A stretch of DNA of 64,000 nt from Thermoleophilaceae bacterium (GCA_025928265.1 JAICJV010000006.1:7694-71693), one strand, 5' to 3'. Counted from the stretch's first letter, positions 1-11,387 are shown. The notes: generated by a model not told the origin, from the sequence alone. Numbers and translations: made by a program.

Positions 1-1276
<1,276 letters not shown>

Positions 1277-1308
1277 CTATCGAACCGCGCCGGACTCGAC
1301 TGCGGCTG

Positions 1309-2268
1309 CTAGGGCTTGCGCGGCGGCTTGTCGATGTCGCGGTGGACGACGTCGACGAGGTAGTCACCACGCTCCGCGAACATCCTCGCGAGGTGCTCGG
1401 CGATGACCACCGAACGGTGCCGGCCGCCGGTGCAGCCGATGCCGATCGTGAGGTGTGTCTTGCCCTCGCGCACGTAGGAAGGCAGCAGGTAGTCGAGCAG
1501 CGGCAGCAGGCGCGCGTAGAACTCGTCGATCCCCTCCGAGTTCTCCACGTAGTCGATCACCGGCTGGTCGAGCCCGGTGAGGTCGCGCAGCTCGGCCTCG
1601 TAGTGCGGGTTGGGCAGGAAGCGGACGTCGAACAGCAGGTCGGCGTCGCGTGGCGCTCCGTGCTTGAAGCCGTGCGTCATGAACGTGACGGCGAGCTTGC
1701 CGATGTGCCCGTGCGGCAGCATCTTGTCGGCCACCACCTTGCGCAGGCGCGAGGCCGACAGGTCGGTGGTGTCGATCGAGACGTCCGCGATCGCGCGCAG
1801 CGGCGCGAGCGCCGCGCGCTCCTCCGCGATCGCCGCGGCCACACTTCCGCCGTTCGCCAGCGGGTGGCGGCGGCGTGTCTCCTTGAAGCGGTCGATCAGC
1901 GTCTGCTCGGCGGCATCGAGGAACAGGAGCCGGTGCGGCATGCCGCGGCCCTGCATGTCCTCGAGGATCTTGGCAAGGCCCTCGAAGTAGGTGCCACCGC
2001 GTACGTCGCAGACGACAGCGGCCTTCTCGACCTTCGATCCCTCGTGCGTGAAGAGGTCGGCGAGCGAGCCGATCATCTCCGGGGGCAGGTTGTCGACGCA
2101 GAAGTAGCCGGCGTCCTCGAAGCACGCCATCGCCTGCGACTTGCCCGCGCCCGAGAAGCCCGTGATCACCACGAAGTCGTCGATGGCCGGCTTGCCCGCC
2201 TCGGGCTCCGGCGCATCCGTCACGACCAGGCGCTTCGCCGCCCGCGCTGCTCTCGACCTGAGTGCCAT
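1309..2268 (-). CDS. rapZ: RNase adapter protein RapZ / YvcJ-type P-loop NTPase
   Basis: It has the Walker A motif GFSGAGKS followed by FEDAGYFCVDNLP, and a C-terminal GCTGGRHRSV motif typical of RapZ. Its start overlaps the uvrC stop by 1 nt (TGATG). Confidence 0.9.
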   Translation of the reverse strand: MALRSRAARAAKRLVVTDAPEPEAGKPAIDDFVVITGFSGAGKSQAMACFEDAGYFCVDNLPPEMIGSLADLFTHEGSKVEKAAVVCDVRGGTYFEGLAKILEDMQGRGMPHRLLFLDAAEQTLIDRFKETRRRHPLANGGSVAAAIAEERAALAPLRAIADVSIDTTDLSASRLRKVVADKMLPHGHIGKLAVTFMTHGFKHGAPRDADLLFDVRFLPNPHYEAELRDLTGLDQPVIDYVENSEGIDEFYARLLPLLDYLLPSYVREGKTHLTIGIGCTGGRHRSVVIAEHLARMFAERGDYLVDVVHRDIDKPPRKP

Positions 2269-4148
2269 CAGCGGATCTTGTTCACGTACTCGTATATGTC
2301 GCGTGCCGTCTTGCCCGGCAGACCCGGCACGGCCTCGAGATCCTCGCGCGACGCCGCGAGAAAGCGCTCAGGCGTGCCGAAGTGTGAGAGCAAGAGTCGC
2401 TTACGCGCCGGACCGACTCCCGGCAGCTCGTCGAGGACCGAGCGGGTCATCGCCTTGTCGCGGCGCCCGCGATGGAACTCGATGGCGAATCGGTGCGCCT
2501 CGTCGCGCACGCGCTGGAGCAGCTGGAGCGCCGGCGAGTCGTGCGGCATCACGATCGGGTCGGAGCGGCCAGGCAGGAAGACCTCCTCGATCCGCTTGGC
2601 CAGCGACACCACCGTCACACCCAGGTCGCTGAACGGCTCGAGCGCGCGCATGCCGGCCGACAGCTGACCCTTGCCGCCGTCGATCACGATCAGCGCAGGG
2701 ACCGACGCGAAGCTCGGGTCGTAGGAGCGCTCGTGGGGTGACCGCTCGCGCTGCTGCACGTACTGCGCCATCCGCCTCGCCAGAACCTCGTTCATAGCCG
2801 CGAAGTCATCCTGCGCGGCCTCGCGGATCCCGAAACGACGATAGTCCGACTTCTTCGGCGCGGCGCCCTCGAACACGACCATCGACGCGACCGTGTGGGT
2901 CTCGCGCAGGTTCGAGATGTCGAAGCACTCGATCCGCATCGGCAGCTGGTCCATCCCGATCCCCGCCTGGAGCAACTCGAGCGACTCGACCAGCTGAACG
3001 CGCCGGTGCTCGCTGCGCAGGCGGTCCTGGTCGAGCGCCAGGCGCGCGTTGCGCTCGGCCAGTTCGAAGATCCGCCGTTTGTCGCCGCGCTCCGGGTGGC
3101 GCACCTCCACGTGCGCGCCGCGGCGGTCGGCCAGTGCCTCGGCGATCGTCTCGAGGTTGCCGGCCGAGCGCGGCACCATGACCTGCGGCGGCACGGCCGG
3201 CGACGTGGCGTAGTACTGGAGCACGAACTCCTCCACCACCTCGCCCTCGCTGCGGCCGGCCTCGTTCTCCAGGTAGAAGCTCTGGCGGTCGGCAAGCACC
3301 CCATCCCGTACCTGGAACACCTGAGCGTTGGCATCGGTGCCCTCTGCCGCGACCGCGATTGCGTCAAGAGTTCCCACCGCGCTGTTCGAGATCCGCTGGC
3401 GCTCGAGCAGGTGGCGGACCGACTTCAGCCGGTTGCGGTAGGCGGCGGCCTGCTCGAACTCCTGGGCGGCTGCGGCCTCGCTCATCTGGTGCTCGAGATC
3501 GCGTTCGATCTCGCGGTAGCGGCCCGACAGGAAGCCGACCACCGCGTCGATCGACTTGCGGTAGTCCTCCCTCGACTGGTAGCCGACGCAGGGCGCGCCG
3601 CAGCGCTTGATGAAGTAGTCGAGGCACGGGCTCCCCGACGCGCGCCCGGGTTCTGGCCCATCACAGGTCCTGTACTGGAAGACCTTGCCGAGCAGGTCGA
3701 GCGTCTCGCGCACGCGCTTCGCGTTGCTGTACGGGCCGAAGTAGGCGCGGCCGCGGCGGTGCTTCTCGCGCGTGAAGTAAATGCGCGGGAAATCCTCGTC
3801 GAGCGAGATCGCGATGTACGGATACGACTTGTCGTCGCGCAGCCGCACGTTGTAGCGCGGCCGGTACTCGCGGATGAAGTTCTGCTCCGCCAGCAGCGCC
3901 TCGGCCTCGGTCTCCGTCGCGATGAACTCGATCGAGGCCATCTCCTCGAGCAGACCGCCGGCACCGCGGGTGGACGGGTTGGAGAAGTGGCCCGCGACGC
4001 GCTTCTTGAGCGACTTGGCCTTGCCCACGTAGAGGACCCGGCGCTTGCCGTCGCGGAAGAGGTAGACGCCCGGTGAGTCCGGGAGGTTGCGCCGCTGCGC
4101 GCGAAGGCGATCCTCGCGGCTCTGGGACTCGGTCTCGGCGGTGGCCAA
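2268..4148 (-). CDS. uvrC: Excinuclease ABC subunit C
   Basis: 626 aa. It has an N-terminal GIY-YIG motif (GVYLFRD...VLYVGKAKSLKKRV), a UVR-like segment and a C-terminal helix-hairpin-helix (LDELPGVGPARKRLL). Confidence 0.95.
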   Translation of the reverse strand: MATAETESQSREDRLRAQRRNLPDSPGVYLFRDGKRRVLYVGKAKSLKKRVAGHFSNPSTRGAGGLLEEMASIEFIATETEAEALLAEQNFIREYRPRYNVRLRDDKSYPYIAISLDEDFPRIYFTREKHRRGRAYFGPYSNAKRVRETLDLLGKVFQYRTCDGPEPGRASGSPCLDYFIKRCGAPCVGYQSREDYRKSIDAVVGFLSGRYREIERDLEHQMSEAAAAQEFEQAAAYRNRLKSVRHLLERQRISNSAVGTLDAIAVAAEGTDANAQVFQVRDGVLADRQSFYLENEAGRSEGEVVEEFVLQYYATSPAVPPQVMVPRSAGNLETIAEALADRRGAHVEVRHPERGDKRRIFELAERNARLALDQDRLRSEHRRVQLVESLELLQAGIGMDQLPMRIECFDISNLRETHTVASMVVFEGAAPKKSDYRRFGIREAAQDDFAAMNEVLARRMAQYVQQRERSPHERSYDPSFASVPALIVIDGGKGQLSAGMRALEPFSDLGVTVVSLAKRIEEVFLPGRSDPIVMPHDSPALQLLQRVRDEAHRFAIEFHRGRRDKAMTRSVLDELPGVGPARKRLLLSHFGTPERFLAASREDLEAVPGLPGKTARDIYEYVNKIR

Positions 4149-4198
4149 CTCTCGTTCGAGGATAGGGACGGGGGTGGCGGCAGTTAGGCTCCCCCGCC

Positions 4199-5152
4199 GT
4201 GGTCCGGCGGCTGACAGTGCTCGTGCTCGCCGCGCTGGTCCTCGCCGGGTGCGGCAGCTCAGGCGGCAGCGCCAGGCAGCAGCCCGCCACCATCGCCATC
4301 GACTTCACGCCCAACGCCGTGCACGCCCCCATCTACGCGGCGGTGCGCAACGGCTACGACCGCAAGCACGGCATCAAGCTCACGATCAGGGGGCCGGGCA
4401 CCTCGCCCGACTCGCTCAAGCTCCTGCTGGCCGGCAAGGCCGACATCGCCGTCCTCGACATCCACGACCTCGGCCTGGCCCGCGAGCGCGGCGCCGACGT
4501 GGTCGGCATCGGCGCGCTCGTGAACCGGCCGCTGGCCGCCATCATCTGCGCCCCCGACATCACCCGCCCGCGCGACCTCGCGGGCAAGCGCGTGGGCGTG
4601 TCGGGCCTGCCGTCAGATCCCGCCGTGCTCAAGCCCGTGATGCAGGCCGACGGCGGCGACTTCGCCAAGCTCCGCCTGATCACGATCGGCTTCAACGCCG
4701 TCCCCAACCTGCTCGCCCACAAGGTCCAGGGCGTGCCGGCCTTCTGGAACGTCGAGGGCGTGCTGCTCCAGCGCCGCGGCTTCCACCCGCGCATCTTCAA
4801 GCTCGACGACTTCGGCGCCCCGCACTACCCGGAGGTGGTGCTCGTCACGAAGCGAGCCACGCTCGACAAGAACCCCGCCCTGGTCAAGAACACGCTCGCC
4901 GCGATCGCGGACGGCTCCCAATCGGTGCTCAGGGACCCCGGCCCCGCCATCGACGATGTCGCGCACGCCGCCGAGGCCGACCGCGGCCTGATCGCCGCTC
5001 AGTTCGCCGCGCTCAAGCCCATCATCAACCCCACGCTGAGGCTCGACCCGCGCGTGCTCGAGCAATGGGCGACGTTCGACGCGAAGTTCGGGATCCTCAA
5101 GCGGCGACCGGCGGTTGACCGGACGTTTGCGCTGAACCTCGCTCATCACTGA
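4199..5152 (+). CDS. Lipoprotein, ABC-transporter substrate-binding protein (NMT1/THI5, NitT/TauT-like)
   Basis: It has a signal peptide with lipobox LAGC. The body resembles NMT1-like periplasmic binding proteins. No permease or ATPase gene is adjacent. Confidence 0.7.
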   Translation: MVRRLTVLVLAALVLAGCGSSGGSARQQPATIAIDFTPNAVHAPIYAAVRNGYDRKHGIKLTIRGPGTSPDSLKLLLAGKADIAVLDIHDLGLARERGADVVGIGALVNRPLAAIICAPDITRPRDLAGKRVGVSGLPSDPAVLKPVMQADGGDFAKLRLITIGFNAVPNLLAHKVQGVPAFWNVEGVLLQRRGFHPRIFKLDDFGAPHYPEVVLVTKRATLDKNPALVKNTLAAIADGSQSVLRDPGPAIDDVAHAAEADRGLIAAQFAALKPIINPTLRLDPRVLEQWATFDAKFGILKRRPAVDRTFALNLAHH

Positions 5153-6728
5153 GGCGGCCGAGGATCAGGTCCGCGGCGCGCTCGGCGATCATGATCGCCG
5201 GCGCGTTGGTGTTGCCGCTGGTGATCCGCGGCATCGAGGAGCAGTCCACCACGCGCAGACCCTCCATTCCGCGCACGCGCAGCTCGGGATCGAGCACCGA
5301 CTCGTCCTCGCGGCCCATCCGGCACGTGCACGACGGGTGGTAGGTGTGCTGCGCCTCGGCGCGCACCCACGCCTCGATCTGCTCGTCGCTCTGCACGCCG
5401 TCGCCGGGGTCGATGTTCTTCACCGTCAGCTTGCCGAGCGGGCCGCTGCGCGCGATCTCGCGGCACAGGCGCACGGCCTCGATCACCGTGCGCATCTCCT
5501 CGGGATCCTGGAACCAGCCGAGCCGGATCGCGGGCGCGTCGTGGGGATTGGACGAGCGCAGGCGCACGTCGCCCTGGCTGGTCGGCCGCACGAACGACGG
5601 GCCGAGCGTGTATGCGGGCTTGGGGTAGGTGCGGAAGCCGTTGTCGAAGTAGTACGCCGCGCCCATCAGCAGCTGGAAGTCGGGGGCCTCGATCCCGTCG
5701 CGGATGCGCACGTGCCCGCCCGCCTCGGCGACGTTCGACGACAGCATCCCCTTGCCGCGCCCCGCGATGTAGTGGACGAGGTGCTGCGGCTTGGTCGCGT
5801 CGAGCAGCGTCTTGGTGTCGCGGCACTCCCACGTGACCGTCATCAGCGGGTGGTCCTGCAGATGCCTGCCCACGTGCGGCGAGTCGAGGGCCACGTCGAT
5901 GCCGTGCTCGCGCAGGTGGTCGGCCGGCCCGATGCCCGACAGCATCAACAGCTGCGGCGAGTTGAACGCGCCCGCCGAGAGGATCACCTCGCGCGTCGCG
6001 CGCGCCGGGACCACGCCCTCCTTCTTGTGGTACTCGACGCCGATCGCCCGGCCCGAGTCGAGCAGGACCCGGTGCACGTGCGCGTTCGTGACCACGGTCA
6101 GGTTCGGCCGGTCCTCGATCGGGTGCAGGAAGGCGTCCGCCGCGCTCCAGCGCCGGCCGCGCTTCTGCGTGAGCTGGAGTGGGCCGATGCCCTCCTGCTC
6201 GGCGCCGTTGAAGTCGTCGTTGCGCTTGAGGCCGACCGACTCGGCCGCCTCCACGAACGGCTCGGAGAGCGTGCTGCTCCAGGTCGGGTCTGCGACGTTC
6301 AGCTCGCCGCCCTGGCCGTGGTACTGGTCGTGGATGCGCTCGTTGTTCTCCGAGCGCTTGAAGTACGGCAGGACCTCGTCGTAGCTCCACCCGGTCGCGC
6401 CGTCCTCGTTCGCCCACGCGTCGTAGATCGAGCGATGCCCGCGCATGTAGATCATCGCGTTCATCGAGCTCGACCCGCCCAGCGAGCGGCCGCGCGGCAG
6501 GTACATCGAGCGGCCGATCAGGCTCGGCTCGGGCTCGGAGTCGTAGTTCCAGTCGAGGTCGGTGCGGAACTGCTTCGCGAACCCGACCGGGATCCGGATG
6601 TTCATCTTGCGGTCCGACCCGCCGGCTTCGAGGAGCAGGACGCGCGTGGAGGGGTCGGCGCTCAGGCGGTTGGCCAGCACGCAGCCGGCCGAGCCCGCGC
6701 CGACGACGATGTAGTCGTACTCGGCCAT
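5097..6728 (-). CDS. GMC-family FAD oxidoreductase (choline dehydrogenase-like)
   Basis: The N-terminus YDYIVVGAGSAGCVLANRLS...LLLEAGG matches the family. The protein is 543 aa with the GMC signature layout and a C-terminal HPSCTCRMG motif. Confidence 0.9.
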   Translation of the reverse strand: MAEYDYIVVGAGSAGCVLANRLSADPSTRVLLLEAGGSDRKMNIRIPVGFAKQFRTDLDWNYDSEPEPSLIGRSMYLPRGRSLGGSSSMNAMIYMRGHRSIYDAWANEDGATGWSYDEVLPYFKRSENNERIHDQYHGQGGELNVADPTWSSTLSEPFVEAAESVGLKRNDDFNGAEQEGIGPLQLTQKRGRRWSAADAFLHPIEDRPNLTVVTNAHVHRVLLDSGRAIGVEYHKKEGVVPARATREVILSAGAFNSPQLLMLSGIGPADHLREHGIDVALDSPHVGRHLQDHPLMTVTWECRDTKTLLDATKPQHLVHYIAGRGKGMLSSNVAEAGGHVRIRDGIEAPDFQLLMGAAYYFDNGFRTYPKPAYTLGPSFVRPTSQGDVRLRSSNPHDAPAIRLGWFQDPEEMRTVIEAVRLCREIARSGPLGKLTVKNIDPGDGVQSDEQIEAWVRAEAQHTYHPSCTCRMGREDESVLDPELRVRGMEGLRVVDCSSMPRITSGNTNAPAIMIAERAADLILGRLSDERGSAQTSGQPPVAA

Positions 6729-6771
6729 GGGCGCACGCTACCGGACTGCGGCATCGTGCTCCAGAGTGCGC

Positions 6772-7434
6772 TCAGCGCGACGGCGGCGCGGGCACGACCA
6801 CACCTTCGGTGTCGCCCGTCTCGAACGACGGTGTGTGGCAGCGCACCACGTTCTCGTGAAGCGCCAGGAACTCGTCGGCGGGCTCGAGGAACGAGATCAT
6901 CGGCGTGCGGTAGTGCATCGGCACGATCCAGTGCGCGCCGAGCCGGGCCGCGATCTCGGTCGCCTGCTGCGGACCGATCGTCGGACCCGCGCCGACCGGC
7001 ACGAGGACGACGTCCACCGACCCGATCGCGTCGGCCTGCTCGTCGCGCAGCGAGCTCTGGCCGAAGTCGCCGAAGTGGCACACGCGCAGGCCGTCGAGCG
7101 TGAACACGAAGATCGAGTTGGGGCCGCGCTCGGTGCCGGCGTGCGGGTCGTGCTCGGACGCGACCGCCACGACCTCTCCGACCGGCGAGTCGAGCTTGCC
7201 GGCCGTCGAGCGGATGACCGCCGGATCGCCGCCCACGGCCTCCGCCGCGTTGTGGTCGAAGTGCTCGTGCGTGATCAGCACGAGGTCGGCCTCCACACCC
7301 TCGATCGGCGGATAGTCGAACGACATGCCGCGTTTGGCCAGCGCCTCGCCCGGAATCCCGAAGGGGTCGATGAAGACCGTCTTGCCGCCCCCGTCGAGGC
7401 GGAACGCCGATTGTCCGAACCATTCGATGCGCAT
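6772..7434 (-). CDS. Metallo-beta-lactamase-fold hydrolase (UPF0173-like)
   Basis: It starts MRIEWFGQSAF and contains the HEHFDH metal-binding motif. I chose the internal ATG at 7434 rather than the longest ORF start (7449). Confidence 0.8.
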   Translation of the reverse strand: MRIEWFGQSAFRLDGGGKTVFIDPFGIPGEALAKRGMSFDYPPIEGVEADLVLITHEHFDHNAAEAVGGDPAVIRSTAGKLDSPVGEVVAVASEHDPHAGTERGPNSIFVFTLDGLRVCHFGDFGQSSLRDEQADAIGSVDVVLVPVGAGPTIGPQQATEIAARLGAHWIVPMHYRTPMISFLEPADEFLALHENVVRCHTPSFETGDTEGVVVPAPPSR

Positions 7435-7463
7435 CGATTCAGGCCCCACTATCCGTCGCTACC

Positions 7464-7477
7464 TTACGTTTACGTAA
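7464..7477. promoter_or_regulatory. Candidate operator: TTACGT TTACGT AA (tandem hexamer containing palindrome TTACGTAA)
   Basis: This is an AT-rich motif 3 nt upstream of the MFS start codon. It sits in the 45-bp divergent gap between the MBL hydrolase and the MFS gene. Confidence 0.25.
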
Positions 7478-7479
7478 AG

Positions 7480-8925
7480 ATGACAGCAGACCGCCCTCGA
7501 CAGCCCTACAACGTCACGCTCGCGGTGCTCGCGCTCTCCGCGCTGGCGTACGCGCTGCTCCAGACGATGGTGGCGCCGGCGCTGCCGGCCATCCAGCACG
7601 ACTTGGGCACCTCCACCACGTCGGTCACGTGGGTGCTCACGGTGTACCTGCTCACCGCGTCGATCGCCACGCCCGTGCTCGGCCGCCTCGGCGACATGTA
7701 CGGCAAGGAGCGGATCCTGGTGCTCACGCTCGTCCTGTTCGCGGTGGGGCTGCTCATCTCCGCGCTGTCGCACTCGCTCTTCCCGCTCGTACTGGGCCGC
7801 GCGGTGCAGGGCTTCGGCGGGGCCGTCTTTCCCCTGGCGTTCGGCATCATCCGCGACGAGTTCCCGCGCGAGAAGGTGGCGTCCGCGATCGGCCTGATCA
7901 GCGCCACGTTCGGCATCGGCGGTGGCGGCGGACTCGTGCTCGCGGGGGTTCTCGTTGACCATCTGACGTGGGAGTGGATCTTCTGGGTCGGGCTCGCGAT
8001 GACGATCGTCGCCATCGTGGCCACGCACCTGTTCGTGCCGGAGTCGCCGATCAAGGTGCCCGCGCGGATCGACTGGGCCGGCGCCGGGCTGCTGGCCGCC
8101 GCGCTCACGGCGCTGCTGCTGGCCGTCAGCGAGGGCAACTCCTGGGGCTGGGGATCGGCGCGCACCGTCGGGCTGCTCGCGGCATCCGCGCTCATCACGC
8201 TCGTGTGGACGCGCTTCGAGGTGCGCCACCCCGAGCCGCTCGTGAACATGCGGATGATGCGCCGCCGCCCGGTGTGGACCACGAACGTCGCCGCGCTGCT
8301 CGTGGGCTTCGGCATGTTCGGCTCGTTCATCCTCGTGCCGCAGTTCGTGCAGACGCCTCCGTCCGCCGGCTACGGCTTCGCCGCCGACGTCACGGCCGCG
8401 GGCGTGTTCATGCTGCCGTCGACCTTCGTGATGCTCGTCGCCGGTCCGCTGTCCGGCATGCTCGGCACGCGAGTCGGCTCGCGTCTGCCGCTCTTGCTCG
8501 GCACGCTGATCGCGGCGCTCGCCTTCGCCTTCCTCGCGGTCGCGCACGACGCGCGCTGGCACATCTACGTGGCCACCGCGCTGATGGGCGCGGGCATCGG
8601 CCTCGCGTTCGCGGCCATGGCCAACCTGATCGTCGAGGCCGTCGAGCCGACCGAGACCGGCGTGGCCACCGGCATGAACACGATCATGCGGTCGATCGGC
8701 GGCTCGATCGGCGCGCAGGTGGCGGCGAGCATCGTGGCCGGCAGCGTCGTCGCGTCGACGAACTTCCCGACCGAGTCCGGCTACACGGACGCGTTCATCG
8801 TGTCCGCGATCGGGCTGGTGGGGGCGTTCGCGGCGTCGCTGGCGATCCCGCGACGACGCGGTGGGCAGCCCGAGCCGGCGACGCCGCCCGCCACCGGCAG
8901 GCCGGCGACCGCAGCCGTGCGCTAG
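7480..8925 (+). CDS. MFS transporter, DHA2 (EmrB/QacA-like, about 14 TMS) drug/H+ antiporter family
   Basis: It starts MTADRPRQPYNVTLAVLALSALAYALLQTMVAPALP and contains the motif LGRLGDMYGKERIL. It is hydrophobic throughout. The start is taken at the ATG at 7480 inside the longer ORF 6727..8925. Confidence 0.85.
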   Translation: MTADRPRQPYNVTLAVLALSALAYALLQTMVAPALPAIQHDLGTSTTSVTWVLTVYLLTASIATPVLGRLGDMYGKERILVLTLVLFAVGLLISALSHSLFPLVLGRAVQGFGGAVFPLAFGIIRDEFPREKVASAIGLISATFGIGGGGGLVLAGVLVDHLTWEWIFWVGLAMTIVAIVATHLFVPESPIKVPARIDWAGAGLLAAALTALLLAVSEGNSWGWGSARTVGLLAASALITLVWTRFEVRHPEPLVNMRMMRRRPVWTTNVAALLVGFGMFGSFILVPQFVQTPPSAGYGFAADVTAAGVFMLPSTFVMLVAGPLSGMLGTRVGSRLPLLLGTLIAALAFAFLAVAHDARWHIYVATALMGAGIGLAFAAMANLIVEAVEPTETGVATGMNTIMRSIGGSIGAQVAASIVAGSVVASTNFPTESGYTDAFIVSAIGLVGAFAASLAIPRRRGGQPEPATPPATGRPATAAVR

Positions 8926-9548
8926 TTCGAGTTCAGGTTGCGCTTCGCCCAGAGCGCGGCCTGGGTGCGGTCGGTCACGCCGATCGTCTGGAACACCCGC
9001 GTGAGGTGCGCCTTCACAGTCTTCTCGCTGATCTCGAGCCGTCGTGCGATCAGCTTGTTCGGCAGACCCTCCGCCACGAGGTCGAGCACCTCGCGCTCGC
9101 GGTCGGTCAGCTCGACGGTGGCCGGACGCGCCTCGGCGCGCGCGCTGAGCACCGCGTGCGCGGCCTTGGGCGCGAGCGGCGACTCGCCGCGCGCCGCCGC
9201 CAGAATTCCGCGGTGCAGCTCCTCGGGCTCGAGGTCCTTGAGCCGGTAGCCGACGGCGCCCGCGTCCAGCGCGTCGAGGATGCGCTCGCGGTCCGAGAAC
9301 GAGGTGAGCACCACAACGTGCGTGCCGGGCAGCTCCGCCTTGATCCGGCGCGTGGCCTCGATCCCGTCGACGTCCGGCATCGACAGGTCCATCAGGACCA
9401 CGTCGGGCCCGACGTCGAGCGCGCGCTCGATCGCCTCCGCACCGTCGGAGGCCTCGCCCACCACCTCGATGTCGTCGCGGTTGCCCAACAGCTCCGTGAG
9501 CCCCGCGCGCACCATCGCGTGGTCCTCGGCGATCAGCACGCGGATCAC
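8922..9548 (-). CDS. Response regulator, NarL/LuxR family
   Basis: It has a receiver domain (IRVLIAEDH...DLSMPDVDG) plus a LuxR HTH (LTDREREVLDLVAEGLPNKLIARRLEISEKTVKAHL). Its GTG start overlaps the kinase stop (GTGA). Confidence 0.9.
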   Translation of the reverse strand: MIRVLIAEDHAMVRAGLTELLGNRDDIEVVGEASDGAEAIERALDVGPDVVLMDLSMPDVDGIEATRRIKAELPGTHVVVLTSFSDRERILDALDAGAVGYRLKDLEPEELHRGILAAARGESPLAPKAAHAVLSARAEARPATVELTDREREVLDLVAEGLPNKLIARRLEISEKTVKAHLTRVFQTIGVTDRTQAALWAKRNLNSN

Positions 9549-10867
9549 GCCCGCACCACCGCGCTGTCAAGTCGTACGCGCGTGCCCTCGCCCGGCGCCG
9601 ACGTGACGCTGAGGTCCGCGTCCGCGTCGCGCGCGAGGTCCTCGATCAGGTTCAGGCCGAAGTGGTCCTCGGGGCGCTTGGCGGCCATGTCGAAACCGCG
9701 GCCGTCGTCCTCGATCTGGAGCGACACCCGGTCGCCCTCCTGCCGGACCTCGACCTTCACGTGCCACGCCTCGGCGTGGGCGGCCACGTTGCGCAGCGCC
9801 TCCTGCGCCACGCGGAAGAGGAGCCCTTCCGTCTCCTCGGTCACGGCGAGGTTGGGTGGCACGTCGATGCTCACCTGGATGCCGCGACGGACGAGCGGGG
9901 CGGCGACGTCGTCGAGGGCGGCGGCCAGCCCGGCGCGGTGGAGGCTGGGCGGGTAGATCTCGACGAGGAGCCCGCGCAGCTCGCGAATCGACTCGCGCGT
10001 CTGCGCCGCGGCGCGCTCGAGGGTCTCGTCGCCGTCCTGGGAATCGCTGCGCTCAGCCGCGGCGGCCAGCGAATAGGACACGCCGGCGAGGTTCTGCACC
10101 ACGCCGTCGTGCAGCTCGCCGGCGATCCGGCGCCGCTCGGTCTCCGACGCGTCGATCGCGCGCTGGAGCAGCCGCTCGCGGTCGCGCTGGCCGGCGCGGA
10201 TCCTGTTCGCCATGCGGCGAGCCAGCGGCAGCTGCACGAGCTCGAGCACGACGAGGCCCACGAGCAGCGCGGGCAGGAACGCCATCCACGTGCGCCGCCC
10301 GCTGGCCGCGACGGAGCTGAAGCGCTGGTAGGACTCGAACAGGAGCGGCTTGCCGCCGGGCGTCTTCATCGGGAGGTACACCTCGAGCAGCTTCTTCTGC
10401 GAGCGTTCGAAGCGGTTCTCGGGCGCCGACAGGTTGCTCACCTCGGCTTCGACGCCGGTGTTCTCGAGCGCATCCTTCACCTCGGCAGCGTGCTGCGGGT
10501 AGTGCTGGCCTATCAGGCGCTTCTCGTCCGAGTAGACGATCGTGCCGTCGGGAGCCCACATCTTGATCCGCACGACGGGGTCGCGGAGGACGTGCTGACG
10601 CACGACGCGGTCCACGCGCGCGATGGCCGCCGGGTCCCGCCGCAGCAGGCCGTCGGTGACCTGCGGCTGGACGATGCCGCTGGCGACCAGGTTCGTGACG
10701 CGCTTGGCGTCCTTCGTGGCCTCGTCGGTGCCCGTCTTCCTGAGCACCGCGACGCCGGCGAGTGCGAGCAGGAGCGCAGCGATGATTCCGGCGACGCCGA
10801 ATTGGGTGAGCGCGGCGGCCATCGAGGTGCCGTCCCCCACACGTGTTGCTCTTCTGAGCCGGGCCAT
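9545..10867 (-). CDS. Sensor histidine kinase, HisKA_3 (NarX/DesK-like)
   Basis: It has two N-terminal TM segments, the H-box ERRRIAGELHDGVVQNL and an HATPase C-terminus (DDGRGF...GLNLIEDLA). The start could instead be the internal Met at 10822. Confidence 0.9.
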   Translation of the reverse strand: MARLRRATRVGDGTSMAAALTQFGVAGIIAALLLALAGVAVLRKTGTDEATKDAKRVTNLVASGIVQPQVTDGLLRRDPAAIARVDRVVRQHVLRDPVVRIKMWAPDGTIVYSDEKRLIGQHYPQHAAEVKDALENTGVEAEVSNLSAPENRFERSQKKLLEVYLPMKTPGGKPLLFESYQRFSSVAASGRRTWMAFLPALLVGLVVLELVQLPLARRMANRIRAGQRDRERLLQRAIDASETERRRIAGELHDGVVQNLAGVSYSLAAAAERSDSQDGDETLERAAAQTRESIRELRGLLVEIYPPSLHRAGLAAALDDVAAPLVRRGIQVSIDVPPNLAVTEETEGLLFRVAQEALRNVAAHAEAWHVKVEVRQEGDRVSLQIEDDGRGFDMAAKRPEDHFGLNLIEDLARDADADLSVTSAPGEGTRVRLDSAVVRA

Positions 10868-10924
10868 GTCTTGTCCGCTGGGCAGCGGTGAGTCCGCTTC
10901 GTCAACACGAACCGGCCGGCGAAG

Positions 10925-11350
10925 TCACGGAACCCTTCGTATCCGCAGCTTCACGGCCTGGATCTGCCGCTGCCCGTGGCTACCAAGATAAACCGGACCT
11001 GCGGCAGAAACCCAGTCCCCTATTTGTGGTAATCGCCTCGGGCGCAGCGCTTTCTCGACGTCGATTGCCGCGATCCCGGGCCCGGTGATCGACTGCTCGC
11101 CGGCCAGCACGAAGTGCGCGTCGCCGTCGCCGTCCGGGTCCTTCGCCTCGACATAGAGCACGCGACCGAGGGCCGAGCGGCAGCCGGCAGACGCGTTCGG
11201 CGGGCAGCGGACACGGTGCGGCGGCGACGGCGCGGACTCGCGCACGGGCTGCGACGGAGCGGTGCGAGGAGCGGGTCTCGCGTGGCTGCCGCAGCCGGCG
11301 ACCGCGACCACGACCAGGAGAGCCAGAACCGCTCGCACCGGCTGATTCAT
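10925..11350 (-). CDS. Small lipoprotein, unknown function
   Basis: It starts MNQPVRAVLALLVVVAVAGCGS, a signal peptide with a lipobox. It is 141 aa with good GC3. The longer ORF to 11620 would overlap the GGDEF gene. Confidence 0.5.
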   Translation of the reverse strand: MNQPVRAVLALLVVVAVAGCGSHARPAPRTAPSQPVRESAPSPPHRVRCPPNASAGCRSALGRVLYVEAKDPDGDGDAHFVLAGEQSITGPGIAAIDVEKALRPRRLPQIGDWVSAAGPVYLGSHGQRQIQAVKLRIRRVP

Positions 11351-11387
11351 ATCCCATGGCCACTCAACCCCGGCTCCGCATCCGTCG

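Noticed and set aside
7459-9570. A 703-aa minus-strand ORF, and many similar long ORFs in the track (for example 11364..13325 -, 17214..19379 -, 53203..56094 -, 1342..2667 +, 5337..7103 +, 24950..27085 +).
   Set aside because: Their translations are Arg/Ala/Gly/Pro-rich low-complexity strings with no recognisable motifs. They lie antisense to or out of frame with genes that carry clear family motifs. They are the expected stop-codon-poor shadow frames of very GC-rich DNA.
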